Numbered from the stretch's first letter, positions 20,717 to 30,738 are shown. The stretch: DNA of 64,000 bases from a virus (IMGVR_UViG_3300028591_000076:175842-239841); one strand, 5' to 3'. Program-made: numbers and translations. The notes: a model not told the origin generated them from the sequence alone.

Positions 20717-20800
20717 TTCTAATGAAACTCCTAAAAATTTTTAATTTTTATTAATATTAGCCTATTAAATAATGATATTAGCTAAGACTAATTAATAATT

Positions 20801-21595
20801 ATGACAGAAATAATAACAACAGCCGCAAATGCGTCTACAGGATTTTATATTATAATAGGACTCTTAATAGTAATTATTAGCGTACTAATATTAGTAAGCG
20901 GCTGGTATCTTATTAAAAATACAAAATCTATCTCTATAGGTAGTCTAAAAATTGATGCAGCTAAAAAGGAATCGGTAAAAGAACCAGATAATAAAAAAGA
21001 TAAAGAAATACATGAAGCAAAAAAGAGTGTAGAGGATTATACTAGAAGTATATTATCTAAACAATTTGACCAAGTAGTTCCTTTTCTTTCATCATTAAGG
21101 CCTATATTTAATAGACTCTGCTATTCAATATTAAATGATGCTATGGCGGAAAGCTTAGGAGTAGAGAGAGAAGTAAGAATACCACAAAAGGATGAGTCTT
21201 GCAAAATTCCAGGTAGCCATTATAAAGTTGAAACTGTAAAAACTTATATTGCTGAGCCCCAAACAAGAGTTTTTACAAACCTAGTTGAAAGTACTGTGGA
21301 CTCTCTAATAGGCAAAATGGAGAGAGAAATATATAATATGCTTGTAAATAATAATATAGGTAAGTCAAGAGATGATGTAAGAACATATATCCATATGAAA
21401 AGTGAAAACTTAATAGGTATTATAAGAAATTGTTTATGTGACGCTTATAATCAACTAAGCAATAAAAATCTTTTTGACACAAAATCATATTGGGCTGAAA
21501 CAGGAATTACATATCCATCAGACTGGATAGAAGATAAGTTATATAAATTATTCGTATTATGCTTACAATGTAGATATTCTGATTTCGATGAATAA
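20801..21595 (+). CDS. single-TM membrane protein (possible lysis or late protein)
   Basis: N-terminal TM helix; CTAATT motif upstream. Confidence 0.7.
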   Translation: MTEIITTAANASTGFYIIIGLLIVIISVLILVSGWYLIKNTKSISIGSLKIDAAKKESVKEPDNKKDKEIHEAKKSVEDYTRSILSKQFDQVVPFLSSLRPIFNRLCYSILNDAMAESLGVEREVRIPQKDESCKIPGSHYKVETVKTYIAEPQTRVFTNLVESTVDSLIGKMEREIYNMLVNNNIGKSRDDVRTYIHMKSENLIGIIRNCLCDAYNQLSNKNLFDTKSYWAETGITYPSDWIEDKLYKLFVLCLQCRYSDFDE

Positions 21596-21598
21596 AAT

Positions 21599-21624
21599 AA
21601 AAGGACCAAGCTTTGGTCCTTTTT
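21599..21624. terminator. bidirectional terminator
   Basis: AAAAGGACCAA/TTGGTCCTTTT. Confidence 0.8.
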
Positions 21625-21627
21625 AAT

Positions 21628-22494
21628 TTATAACAAATTAACTAAAACATCTTCTGCCGCATCTTCAGCATCTTTAATTTCATCATCTGTTATAATAGTA
21701 TTTCCAGCTATATCGAATGTATCGCTACAATAGAATGTAGGTCTTACTATAAGTAAAGTATCGTCAATTTCGTCTATATCTACAAGACCAAAACCTGTTT
21801 TAAGGCCAACTTTAACATGGCTCCTTATTTCAGGATATTCCTTATAAAATGCACTCATTAGTTTACCAGGAATTAAATCTTTAAAATATTCATCATTATC
21901 AGATATTTCATCAACTGTCTTAAATATACTAATATTATCTTTTGGAAAAGCTTCTTTTATTTTATTATAATATCCTAACCAAATAGAATTATGGCCATTC
22001 TTATATCCAGCAGCTACATGAGCTACTTCATGAGCAATAATTGACCTTACTAAATCTACAGGAAGCCATAATAAGTCTGAATGATAATAAATTGTATTAT
22101 CTTTTTCATTATATGAAGCTAATGTTGTATTTTCATTTCTAAGCGAGTAATGAATATCTTTTTCAATACCTAATTTTTCAGCACATAAATCACCAAAATC
22201 GCCAATAGTATCTTCTCTAGCTTCTTTTAATCTAGTTACTTTAGCAGTTATAAAAGCTTTTTCAAATAAGCGTGTATTTTCTACACAAGCACTTTCATCT
22301 ACTTTTTTAAGTAAACATATATGGCCAGTTTCTTCTTCATGCTGACATGCCCAATATCCACTATTCCAATTAGCCCAAGCATCTCTATCAGTACCCCATC
22401 CGCCATTTGGATAAGGATTATCATCTATAGATTTTCCTTCTACTCTAGCATTCCAGCCTAGATTCCAATAATCATCAAAAGTAAGCTTTTTCAT
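21628..22494 (-). CDS. modular protein: NPY/W-x-x-G module + SprT/YgjP-like zinc metallopeptidase
   Basis: GWNARVEG...NPY...WNSGY; IIAHEVAH...GHNSIW; internal RLFEKAF...RLKE linker. Confidence 0.75.
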   Translation of the reverse strand: MKKLTFDDYWNLGWNARVEGKSIDDNPYPNGGWGTDRDAWANWNSGYWACQHEEETGHICLLKKVDESACVENTRLFEKAFITAKVTRLKEAREDTIGDFGDLCAEKLGIEKDIHYSLRNENTTLASYNEKDNTIYYHSDLLWLPVDLVRSIIAHEVAHVAAGYKNGHNSIWLGYYNKIKEAFPKDNISIFKTVDEISDNDEYFKDLIPGKLMSAFYKEYPEIRSHVKVGLKTGFGLVDIDEIDDTLLIVRPTFYCSDTFDIAGNTIITDDEIKDAEDAAEDVLVNLL

Positions 22495-22521
22495 ATAAAA
22501 ATTAGTAAGTATCTTAAATAA

Positions 22522-22547
22522 TAAAGGGCCTCTTGTGAGGCCCTTTT
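22522..22547. terminator. terminator after flagellin
   Basis: AAAGGGCCTC/GAGGCCCTTT. Confidence 0.8.
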
Positions 22548-22571
22548 TATATATGAAATGAATAAGATATA

Positions 22572-23420
22572 TTATCTTAATAACGCTAGTACATTTTGTG
22601 ACTGTGAATTTGCTTGTGCGATCATTGCCGTACTTGCCTGTTGTAATACTTGATTTTTTACATGATTTACAAGTTCTTGAGCCATATCAGCATCACGAAT
22701 ACGTGACTCAGCTGACTGAGTATTTTCTGCTGCAACATTAATACCTTTTTGAGCCATTTCCATACGATTTTGATAAGCACCTAAATCAGCACGCTGCTTA
22801 TTTACATTCTTTAATGCTTCATCTAAAACTGCAATAGTTGTACTTGCCTCATCTGGTGAATTGATAGAAATCTTTTCATCTGTTCCCTGAATACCAGTAA
22901 GTCCTAATGCCTGAGAAGTCATTGTACCAATATATGCTCTAATATTCTGGTCCGCATTTGCTCCAATTTGGAACTGCATAACTGTATCAGAATCTTTTGC
23001 AAATCTACCAGTCAAAAGTGACATTCCATTGAATTGAGCACTTGAAGCAATTCTATCAACTTCAGCTACTAGCTGGCTCACTTCGACGGCAATTTGCATA
23101 CGGTCTGCATCGCTATAAACGCTATTTGAAGCCTGAACTGCGAGCTCACGAATTCTCTGGAGAACATCTGTAGTTTCCTGTAAATAGCCTTCTGCTACAT
23201 TTGTAAATGAAATTGCATCTCCAATATTTCTAGATGCCTGATTAAGACCTCTAATCTGTGAACGCATTTTTTCTGAAATAGAAAGCCCTGAGGCATCATC
23301 TCCAGCTCTATTAATTTTCTCACCCGAAGCGAGTTTTTCCATAGACTTCTGAAGAGCTTGAGTATTAAGTCCTTCCTGACGACTAGCAAAAAGACTAGAC
23401 ATGTTGTGTGATATAACCAT
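22572..23420 (-). CDS. flaB: flagellin, spirochaete FlaB type
   Basis: [78 protein letters not shown]; 282 aa with no large variable domain. Confidence 0.97.
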   Translation of the reverse strand: MVISHNMSSLFASRQEGLNTQALQKSMEKLASGEKINRAGDDASGLSISEKMRSQIRGLNQASRNIGDAISFTNVAEGYLQETTDVLQRIRELAVQASNSVYSDADRMQIAVEVSQLVAEVDRIASSAQFNGMSLLTGRFAKDSDTVMQFQIGANADQNIRAYIGTMTSQALGLTGIQGTDEKISINSPDEASTTIAVLDEALKNVNKQRADLGAYQNRMEMAQKGINVAAENTQSAESRIRDADMAQELVNHVKNQVLQQASTAMIAQANSQSQNVLALLR

Positions 23421-23422
23421 TA

Positions 23423-23460
23423 TTTCTCCTTGGAATTTTTATGACTTCCTTGTCCTTTTG
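23423..23460 (-). promoter_or_regulatory. putative CsrA-binding leader of flaB (three AGGA motifs)
   Basis: AAAGGACAAGGAAGTC...TTCCAAGGAGAAATA-ATG; GGA in short stem loops, last one overlapping the SD. Confidence 0.55.
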
Positions 23461-23618
23461 GTATACTTAAAATAAATTTACTTTCTTAAGGAAATTATTT
23501 TCTTTCTATTTTTTATAAATTTTACTTTAACTTAAAATTAATTTTATTAGTAAATAAAAGTGGCTAGAATAAATATAGCAGCCTTAAATGCTGCTATATT
23601 TTAAAAGTTATTTAACTT

Positions 23619-23993
23619 TTACTTTTTTGTAATTTTATCAGCTTCTTCTACAATCTTATCAGCAATTTCTTCTGCTAAAGTATCTGGATCAACTGATACC
23701 TTTTTAGTAAGAGCTGCTTTAACAGCCTTAAATGTCTGGAAAAGCAACGTATAAGATGTCTGTGTAAATGCAACAACACCACCCGCAAAAATAAGACGAA
23801 GTATAATAGACGCTTTATAGAATACGTCACCTGGAACAATATAAGTTGCTCCGAAACCAGCTGCAGCTGCAATAACAGCTGCAATAAGAGCCATTACAGC
23901 ATCATTTTCCTTTACTTTAGCTGGAAGAAGCTTTTTAAGCCATTCTGTAAATCCAGCTACACCCATTGCTATAATAAATGCAATTTTAATCAT
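23619..23993 (-). CDS. holin-like membrane protein
   Basis: Three hydrophobic segments, GFTEWLKK motif, charged C-terminus. Confidence 0.55.
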   Translation of the reverse strand: MIKIAFIIAMGVAGFTEWLKKLLPAKVKENDAVMALIAAVIAAAAGFGATYIVPGDVFYKASIILRLIFAGGVVAFTQTSYTLLFQTFKAVKAALTKKVSVDPDTLAEEIADKIVEEADKITKK

Positions 23994-24020
23994 TTATTTT
24001 CTCCTTAAATAGGCTACTTT

Positions 24021-24713
24021 TTATTTTAAGCAAAAAGTAAGCCCAGTTAAATTTTTAATTTCTTCAATATCTACTTTTTGTATATTAGCATTTTCATCAT
24101 TAGAAAAAATATAGACTTCTTGTATTTCGCCATTATATATAAATACTTTAAAAAATGCTTCTGGTAAAACTGAATTATTTTTACCAACTCTTCTTAAGTC
24201 TTTTCCATATATAGGCCCACAAACAATAGTAACTGACATATATTTATTGGCTAATTCATGTGCATATTTCTCATATTTTTGCCATATGCCTCTATTTAAT
24301 TTATTATGTTGTGGACATATATTACAAGCTCGAAATGTATTTTTTGCTGATTCTACACTCCAGTCTCTATCATTATTTGGACACATATGTCCTTTATCTA
24401 ATATAGAGCCAGAATTATTTTTATTATAATTTGAATAATCTGGTCTTGGAGCAGATTTACATTTTACAAAATTACCTGATGGTCTAGTATTATTTGTAGC
24501 ATCTGAACTTTCAGCGTCTTCAAAAGTTAAAGTCCAAATAACAAAAGTAGGATTTTTAAAATCTATATCATACCACACTTCATAAGTATCATGATTATGA
24601 TATTCTAGGTCCTTTTTGAAATTTACTTCAACTACTTCATTTGCAAATAAATGAAATGGTAAAAGGAACCAAAGTAACACTAAAAGTTTTCTTGTAAAAT
24701 ATTTATTATTCAT
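24021..24713 (-). CDS. secreted DNA/RNA non-specific endonuclease (NucA/Endonuclease_NS)
   Basis: Signal-like N-terminus; DKGHMCP, NICPQ...LNRGIW...E, PEAFFKV. Confidence 0.9.
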   Translation of the reverse strand: MNNKYFTRKLLVLLWFLLPFHLFANEVVEVNFKKDLEYHNHDTYEVWYDIDFKNPTFVIWTLTFEDAESSDATNNTRPSGNFVKCKSAPRPDYSNYNKNNSGSILDKGHMCPNNDRDWSVESAKNTFRACNICPQHNKLNRGIWQKYEKYAHELANKYMSVTIVCGPIYGKDLRRVGKNNSVLPEAFFKVFIYNGEIQEVYIFSNDENANIQKVDIEEIKNLTGLTFCLK

Positions 24714-24738
24714 AATATGTAAATATTAAATTGGCTAC

Positions 24739-25146
24739 TTATTCATCCCAATCAATATCTTCTTTTGCTGGAGACGCTCTAGAAGCTGCGGTGGGAACGC
24801 CTTTTCTAGTACCCTCAGAAGGTGGCGCAATATTTGTTGCTTTTACAATAGTTTGCTTTTTAAGGCCTTTACCAACTGCTGAGCTAATCCAAGCTTCTTT
24901 TACAGTAATTCTATTACTTGGTTTCTTAAAAGTTCTTTTTTCTACTGAGTCTACGATCTGTAATGTAACTCTAGCTTGTGGTCTAACATTAAGTACATCA
25001 TCCTCGTTTAAGATATCACCGATTTGTAGTTCATTCTGTGATGTGCCATAAAAAACTTTTCCTTCAATATTAATAACCTTATAAGTTTCGCCTACTAAAG
25101 GAAATACTACAAATAATGATAGAACCAATATAAATAATTTTTTCAT
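24739..25146 (-). CDS. secreted FecR-like beta-domain protein
   Basis: Signal peptide; YKVINIEGKV...LQIGDIL...L pattern; AGGAG RBS. Confidence 0.6.
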   Translation of the reverse strand: MKKLFILVLSLFVVFPLVGETYKVINIEGKVFYGTSQNELQIGDILNEDDVLNVRPQARVTLQIVDSVEKRTFKKPSNRITVKEAWISSAVGKGLKKQTIVKATNIAPPSEGTRKGVPTAASRASPAKEDIDWDE

Positions 25147-25157
25147 AAAAATCTCTC

Positions 25158-25322
25158 CTAGACTAATAAATCAATTTTATTTTGAAGATTTGCTTCACTT
25201 TTTTGTTTATCTTCTATTCTTTTTTGATTTAGCTCTTTAATTTTTAAATTAAGCGCCTTTAGAGTTTTACCTTCTAATTGAGCTGCTAAAGATGGCGGCT
25301 GAACTATCGTACTAATCTTCAT
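25158..25322 (-). CDS. small 54 aa protein (not in ORF track)
   Basis: AAGGAG RBS; MKISTIVQPPSLAAQLEG...NLQNKIDLLV. Confidence 0.65.
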   Translation of the reverse strand: MKISTIVQPPSLAAQLEGKTLKALNLKIKELNQKRIEDKQKSEANLQNKIDLLV

Positions 25323-25495
25323 ACTACACAAACTCCTTTTTTATAGTAAAAAGATTCCTTTAATTAAAGGAATAATAATAATATAATTAGAATATCCTTA
25401 TTCTAATTATATTAAAAATTAGTCTTCCCACCTTATTATATACTAGCTTATAATATGTAAAAATATCTAATAGCGCATTAAAATAGCTCGTAATA

Positions 25496-26905
25496 TTAAG
25501 TGAACTCTATTATACCATCTGTACATTTTATTGTTAATACAGCATAACTATCCCAGTTTGGCATTTTTTTAATTTTTTTCCAGTCATTTTTACTACCCGC
25601 ATAGTTAATAGTTAAAGTAGAATGACTAAAAGCATAATTATCAATAAATTTAAGTGTTATTGGTAAATCCAAAGACCTCAAATTATATAGATATGAAAAT
25701 GCTGAGTTACCTATATGTGCTAAGTTTTCACTTATAAATAGAAAATCCTTATGTGACCTATTAAATACAAAATCTTCAATAAGAGTAACTGTATCGGGCA
25801 TAACAAATTTCGCGTTTTCAGTTACCAACTTAATTGCTGTTTTATTTTTATTATAAAGAACGCCATCTTCAAAAGTAAAATTTGGATTTTCTGATGTATC
25901 AATATTTATTAAATTATTACAGCCACTAAATGCTTTAGCATGAACTTCCTTTAATGATTTAGGAAATTTTACATATAGAAAACTGCCATTATGAAAAGCA
26001 TCATGTTCTAATCGCTCTACCCCTTCTACTATATCTACAGTATCTATATTTTTTAACATATTAAATGCAAATTGATAAATTATACCTTCTATGCCACAAC
26101 CAAATAATGGATTTAATATAACTTTATCATTCCGCGCTAACTGGCTACTTGATTTAACAACTGTAGGCTTCTCTATATAGCTAACTCCAAGCCATTCCTT
26201 AATATTTCTTTCTGTAATATTAAACTTAGATAATGATAAACTTTCATCATCATCTTCATTTTCATCAGGCTGGTTCCATATATGATAAGTTGCTGTTGCC
26301 ATATCACTAAGATACATACCAGAATAGTCTATATTACCATCATCATCTTCATAATTTTCTTCATTTGGCGGGCCATCTTCCCAGTTTGTAACTTGAATCA
26401 TGTATTTTAAGTCATCTGGGCCCGCATCGCCTTTTCTAATAACTAAAATAAATCTATCACCACCATTCTGATATCTATACCAATATTCATTATTATCTTT
26501 TGTACCGATACACCATTTAGCGCCTTGACCGCCACATTCTATCGAATCACAGAATACAGCTGCTTCATAATTATCTACTGTATAAAAAAGCCAATCATTA
26601 TTTTCATATACTAAGTCAAAGCCTTCTTTGCCCTCAAAAAGAGATTTTCTATCTCTACCTATTAAATCTTGATACGCTTTTTTCTTATTTTTAGTATTAG
26701 AATTATCCGCTAACTCTTTAACTTTTTCAAAATTTTCTATAGTAACTTCATCTTTATTCTGCCAATTAATTTTATGGCTATATTGCTGCCCTATTGGCGA
26801 ATCAAAAAAGTTTATCCATTTTTCTTTTTCATTATCGGAAATATCTAATTGATTTATAAATCTAGCTTTACTAGCTTCTCTAAGTATATTTTCAAAAATA
26901 ATCAT
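25496..26905 (-). CDS. FExI-leader protein with GAKWCIG domain and C-terminal BspA/TpLRR (LRR_5) repeats
   Basis: LAHIGNSAFS, LPITLKFIDNYAFS, FPKSLKEVHAKAFSGC repeats; N-terminal domain shared with 43172. Confidence 0.8.
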   Translation of the reverse strand: MIIFENILREASKARFINQLDISDNEKEKWINFFDSPIGQQYSHKINWQNKDEVTIENFEKVKELADNSNTKNKKKAYQDLIGRDRKSLFEGKEGFDLVYENNDWLFYTVDNYEAAVFCDSIECGGQGAKWCIGTKDNNEYWYRYQNGGDRFILVIRKGDAGPDDLKYMIQVTNWEDGPPNEENYEDDDGNIDYSGMYLSDMATATYHIWNQPDENEDDDESLSLSKFNITERNIKEWLGVSYIEKPTVVKSSSQLARNDKVILNPLFGCGIEGIIYQFAFNMLKNIDTVDIVEGVERLEHDAFHNGSFLYVKFPKSLKEVHAKAFSGCNNLINIDTSENPNFTFEDGVLYNKNKTAIKLVTENAKFVMPDTVTLIEDFVFNRSHKDFLFISENLAHIGNSAFSYLYNLRSLDLPITLKFIDNYAFSHSTLTINYAGSKNDWKKIKKMPNWDSYAVLTIKCTDGIIEFT

Positions 26906-26929
26906 AATAATAATTAGTTTTTAAAAACA

Positions 26930-27017
26930 TATATTAATGGCGCTACGCAAGCCTAAGCTATATCTCTTCTTAATGTACATTAATTAATATAACTTCATTT
27001 TCAAAAAATTCACATTT
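26930..27017. repeat. dispersed ~88 bp intergenic repeat, copy 2
   Basis: Near-identical to 10675-10763. Confidence 0.9.
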
Positions 27018-27064
27018 ATTTATATTTTATGATATTGTTAATTTTAATTAAAAGGATTAAATAT

Positions 27065-27418
27065 ATGTTAAACGCAAAAAAGTCATTTCGTATATATAAA
27101 AAAGCTATTAGTATAGCATATAATGACTTTCTAAAAAACTTTTTAGAAAATAATATTAAAAAATATGCTAAATCTGGTTATGCATCTTTTAGAATATTTA
27201 TATGTGCGGAAGATAGCGCTATGGTAGAAAAATGTATACCATATATTTCTAGCTGTGGCTATAAAATAACACAGGTAGATGGCGAAGTTTTATTTTATAC
27301 GGATGATAATTCCAAAAATAAAGGATTAGGTATACCTTATATGTCAGCCGCATTTAATGAAAATGCTTGGTCTTATAGAAAAGCTGGCGGATATACTTAT
27401 GAAATTTCTTGTTATTAA
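27065..27418 (+). CDS. hypothetical protein
   Basis: Start moved to MLNAKK after AAAGGA RBS. Confidence 0.65.
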   Translation: MLNAKKSFRIYKKAISIAYNDFLKNFLENNIKKYAKSGYASFRIFICAEDSAMVEKCIPYISSCGYKITQVDGEVLFYTDDNSKNKGLGIPYMSAAFNENAWSYRKAGGYTYEISCY

Positions 27419-27446
27419 AATAGTTAATTTAATTATGAGGTAATGC

Positions 27447-28304
27447 ATGAAACAATATTTAGATATGCTCCAGAAAGTTATGGATACTGGAGTTTGGACG
27501 CATAATAGAACTGGTATTGATACTATTGCTATGTCTGGATGTATGTTTGAACATGATATGTCTACTGGCTTCCCGATTCTTACAACAAAGAAAATGGGAC
27601 TTAAGAATATCAATGCTGAATTAGAAATGTTTATTAAAGGAATTCATAATAAGGAATTCTTAAAGGAACGAAATTGCCATATCTGGGATGAATGGGCCAG
27701 TTCGGCTATTGTGCCATATGGAAATGATGAAGAGACAAAAGCTAAAATGGCTGCAGAACCAGAATTAGGTCCAATTTATGGTTTCCAGTATCGCCATTTT
27801 AATGGGGATTGGCGAAAGGATGAAGGTGGCGTTGACCAGCTTAAAAACTTAATTGATACTATTAAGAAAGACCCAACTTCAAGACGACTTATTGTTAGCG
27901 CTTGGAATCCTCAGCAGCTAGATGAAATGGCACTTCCGCCATGTCATATGATTTATGAAGTACTTTGTTATCCAGACCAGAAGAAAATGGACCTTATGTG
28001 GTTCCAAAGAAGCTCAGACGCATTCTTAGGCGTTCCATATGATATTGCATCTTATGGCATGTTACTAACACTTATTGCTAAAGAATGTGGATATACTCCA
28101 GGAAAGCTTATTGGATATTTTGGTTCATTCCATGTTTATAAAAATCAGATTGACCAAGTAAAAGAACAGCTTACAAGAACGCCACATAAACTTCCAACTG
28201 TAGAAATTACAAATTGGAAGTCAATTTGGGACTGGAAATATACTGATTTCGAATTAAAAGATTATGAATGCGATGGTAAACTAACTGCAGCAGTTGCTGT
28301 ATAA
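27447..28304 (+). CDS. thyA: thymidylate synthase
   Basis: MKQYLD, NRTG, LGPIYGFQ, SRRLIVSAWNP, ALPPCH, QRSSDAFLGVP, HVY. Confidence 0.97.
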   Translation: MKQYLDMLQKVMDTGVWTHNRTGIDTIAMSGCMFEHDMSTGFPILTTKKMGLKNINAELEMFIKGIHNKEFLKERNCHIWDEWASSAIVPYGNDEETKAKMAAEPELGPIYGFQYRHFNGDWRKDEGGVDQLKNLIDTIKKDPTSRRLIVSAWNPQQLDEMALPPCHMIYEVLCYPDQKKMDLMWFQRSSDAFLGVPYDIASYGMLLTLIAKECGYTPGKLIGYFGSFHVYKNQIDQVKEQLTRTPHKLPTVEITNWKSIWDWKYTDFELKDYECDGKLTAAVAV

Positions 28305-28362
28305 TTTGAATGGACCACTTATTAGTGGTCCTTTTTAATTATTACATTCACTAATTCATATT

Positions 28363-29268
28363 ATGAATAAGGAAATATTTGAGTCAATATATAGAGAGTC
28401 CCAAAAAGACGAAGATTATGAACAGCTAAGTTATCTATTTAATAAATGGAATAGCCTACGTACCCAAACTAGTGAAGCATATAATTATGCTAAAAGTTTT
28501 TCAGATGGCGACAATTTTATGGATGCTCAAAAAGTTCATGGGTATAGAGGTGCAAAAAATTTTCAAGATGCTAGCTGGCATAGATATGCATACTTAAAAG
28601 CTGAAAGAGAAAGAACAAAGAAAGAGTTTGATGAACTTTTATCTAATTGTCCAGACTTTAATACTGATGACGCAAATAGATTATGTAATAATGAACTTGC
28701 TAAGTATATAGATAATCTAGATAAAAAAGGTCTAAGAAAAAATACTGTAGGTATTGAACAAGATGAAAGCCTACCTCATATAAATCAAAATATAACAGTA
28801 GAAGTTAAATCACAGAAGCTTAGTGCTATTAGAGACCTAAATGGTAAACAAGGCGCATTTGTAAATATTACTGGTAAAGATGGACTAAGCTATTCATTCT
28901 GGCTATTTGTAAATGGTAATAGTGAACTTTTTAAGGATATGCGCGCTATTAAATCTGTATCTGGAATAGTTAGTAAAATCAATGATTTTCATGGAAATCC
29001 ATCGATAATGCTTAAACAAGTAAAAATTGAATATGTAGATATAAATATTTATAGTGAAACTGAATTTCAGGATTTCTATGATAACTTAAATCCAGAGCCT
29101 ATAAAAGTTGAGTCTGAAGAGGACTTACCAAAAAATGCAAAATTATTTAAGACCTGTATTAAAGAATATAGTCATGGCTACATATATGGTGCAATAATTA
29201 AAAAAATTTATAAAGCTGATGACTTATATTATTTTATAGATAAATCTTGGCAAGACTCAATGGACTAA
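28363..29268 (+). CDS. hypothetical protein with FExIY leader, possible OB-like domain
   Basis: MNKEIFESIYRE; CTAATT 6 nt before ATG. Confidence 0.7.
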   Translation: MNKEIFESIYRESQKDEDYEQLSYLFNKWNSLRTQTSEAYNYAKSFSDGDNFMDAQKVHGYRGAKNFQDASWHRYAYLKAERERTKKEFDELLSNCPDFNTDDANRLCNNELAKYIDNLDKKGLRKNTVGIEQDESLPHINQNITVEVKSQKLSAIRDLNGKQGAFVNITGKDGLSYSFWLFVNGNSELFKDMRAIKSVSGIVSKINDFHGNPSIMLKQVKIEYVDINIYSETEFQDFYDNLNPEPIKVESEEDLPKNAKLFKTCIKEYSHGYIYGAIIKKIYKADDLYYFIDKSWQDSMD

Positions 29269-29323
29269 AAAGTAAAAGGTTGGTAAATACCAACCTTTCT
29301 TATTTATTCCAAAATTTTAATAT

Positions 29324-29776
29324 CTAGGCATTATCTGGATAATACGTAAGCATTTTATCTTCATCCATCATTGATGCATCAATAAGGCCAGACCTTTTAT
29401 CTTGAATAGCAATTCTTATTTCCCATCGTCTTCTAGCCATATTAGCAGTAACTTCACACTTTAGAATATTGATAGTAGGAAAAACCTCACCTGTTTCTTT
29501 TATTAGTAGCGACTCTATTACTTTAGCATTATCTGCAGATAATGGTCTTTTAATAACATTTCTAACTAAAAATCCACCCATTGAAGGTCGTCTATGATAG
29601 TCATTCATATCAGACATAAGCCAAATTTTAAAAGCTTGAGTAACACAGGCTAGGTCTTTTACAAGTATTGAACCATTAGAGTCTATATCCTTAAAGTTTA
29701 CATCAAAATAATTTATTTGGTCTCTGATAGATTTTCTTAAACTACTTATTTGTTTTGCTATGCTTGAACTTACCAT
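29324..29776 (-). CDS. gp25-like baseplate wedge protein
   Basis: AFKIWL...YHRRPSMGG...FPTI pattern of the GPW/gp25 family, in tail cluster. Confidence 0.7.
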   Translation of the reverse strand: MVSSSIAKQISSLRKSIRDQINYFDVNFKDIDSNGSILVKDLACVTQAFKIWLMSDMNDYHRRPSMGGFLVRNVIKRPLSADNAKVIESLLIKETGEVFPTINILKCEVTANMARRRWEIRIAIQDKRSGLIDASMMDEDKMLTYYPDNA

Positions 29777-29795
29777 ATAATATTACCTCTAAGCT

Positions 29796-30716
29796 TTATG
29801 CTTCATCGCTTCTTTTTCCAACTTTGGAGCTATTAGCAGATAATGACTCATTTGCTGTTGATTTTGTTTCGCCCTCAGCTTTTGCAATAAATGCTGCCTG
29901 ATGGTCAGGATTAGTACTATCTGCATTATCTTCATATTCATGCCATGCCCAAGCAGTAAATGGCTTCTTACCATTACTGTACCAGTGCTTAATAGAGCCA
30001 TTAGCACAATATTTTTTATTATTTATAATCTTATCACTAGTACATGACTCATCGCTACTTCTAGCGCCACCAAATCCTGGATTATTAGTATTATTCATAA
30101 GCTCTTCATTATTTAATACATATTGTCCAGCTTGTCTATTATAGTAGAATGGATCAATTTCAGAAAACTTATAAGAAATAGTTATTGTATGCTCACTCGC
30201 TTCGCCCCATTTAAAATTAAAGCCATTATCACTAAACTTTGTAGGCATTAAATTATAGATACGAAGCCAAATAGTTGGCTCTGACTCCATAATAGGAATT
30301 GTTGATGAATTATTTACAATATTTTTATAATGATATCCAATAAGCTCTATACTTTTAAATCTACCATTAGGACCTATCGGTAAAAAATCAGCATTAAAGT
30401 CATACCAGTTATTTAACCAGTCTATATGAAATTTTTCTACTGACCTATATACATCTTCTACCCATGTTATCGAAATTTCATCTGATATATCCGCACTTTT
30501 TATAACAGGCTGCTTATTACCATTTATTTCATAGCTGATAATAGGCGATTCTACTTTTATTCCAGCTATTCTATAGGGTATATCACTAAAGCTTCTACCA
30601 ATAAATGATGCGAAAAATAAGTTGTTACTTGGAGCTTCTAGCTCTTGGAGAAAATCAATTACGTCTCTCTCATAGAGAGGTATTTTATTACTATATATTA
30701 CGCCTGTATCGCCCAT
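29796..30716 (-). CDS. tail-tube-fold protein (gp54/gp48-like tube initiator)
   Basis: NNLFF..., ISITWVED, FHIDW, ITISYKF parallel the tube protein. Confidence 0.55.
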   Translation of the reverse strand: MGDTGVIYSNKIPLYERDVIDFLQELEAPSNNLFFASFIGRSFSDIPYRIAGIKVESPIISYEINGNKQPVIKSADISDEISITWVEDVYRSVEKFHIDWLNNWYDFNADFLPIGPNGRFKSIELIGYHYKNIVNNSSTIPIMESEPTIWLRIYNLMPTKFSDNGFNFKWGEASEHTITISYKFSEIDPFYYNRQAGQYVLNNEELMNNTNNPGFGGARSSDESCTSDKIINNKKYCANGSIKHWYSNGKKPFTAWAWHEYEDNADSTNPDHQAAFIAKAEGETKSTANESLSANSSKVGKRSDEA

Positions 30717-30738
30717 ATTTTAAATTAGTCCTATTTTA

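Noticed and set aside
22572..23420. Window is bacterial chromosome because of flagellin and coaD/coaE
   Set aside because: These genes are isolated among phage structural and hypothetical genes and share the phage's composition, terminators and promoter motifs
25496..26905. Diversity-generating retroelement target
   Set aside because: No reverse transcriptase and no template repeat seen in the window
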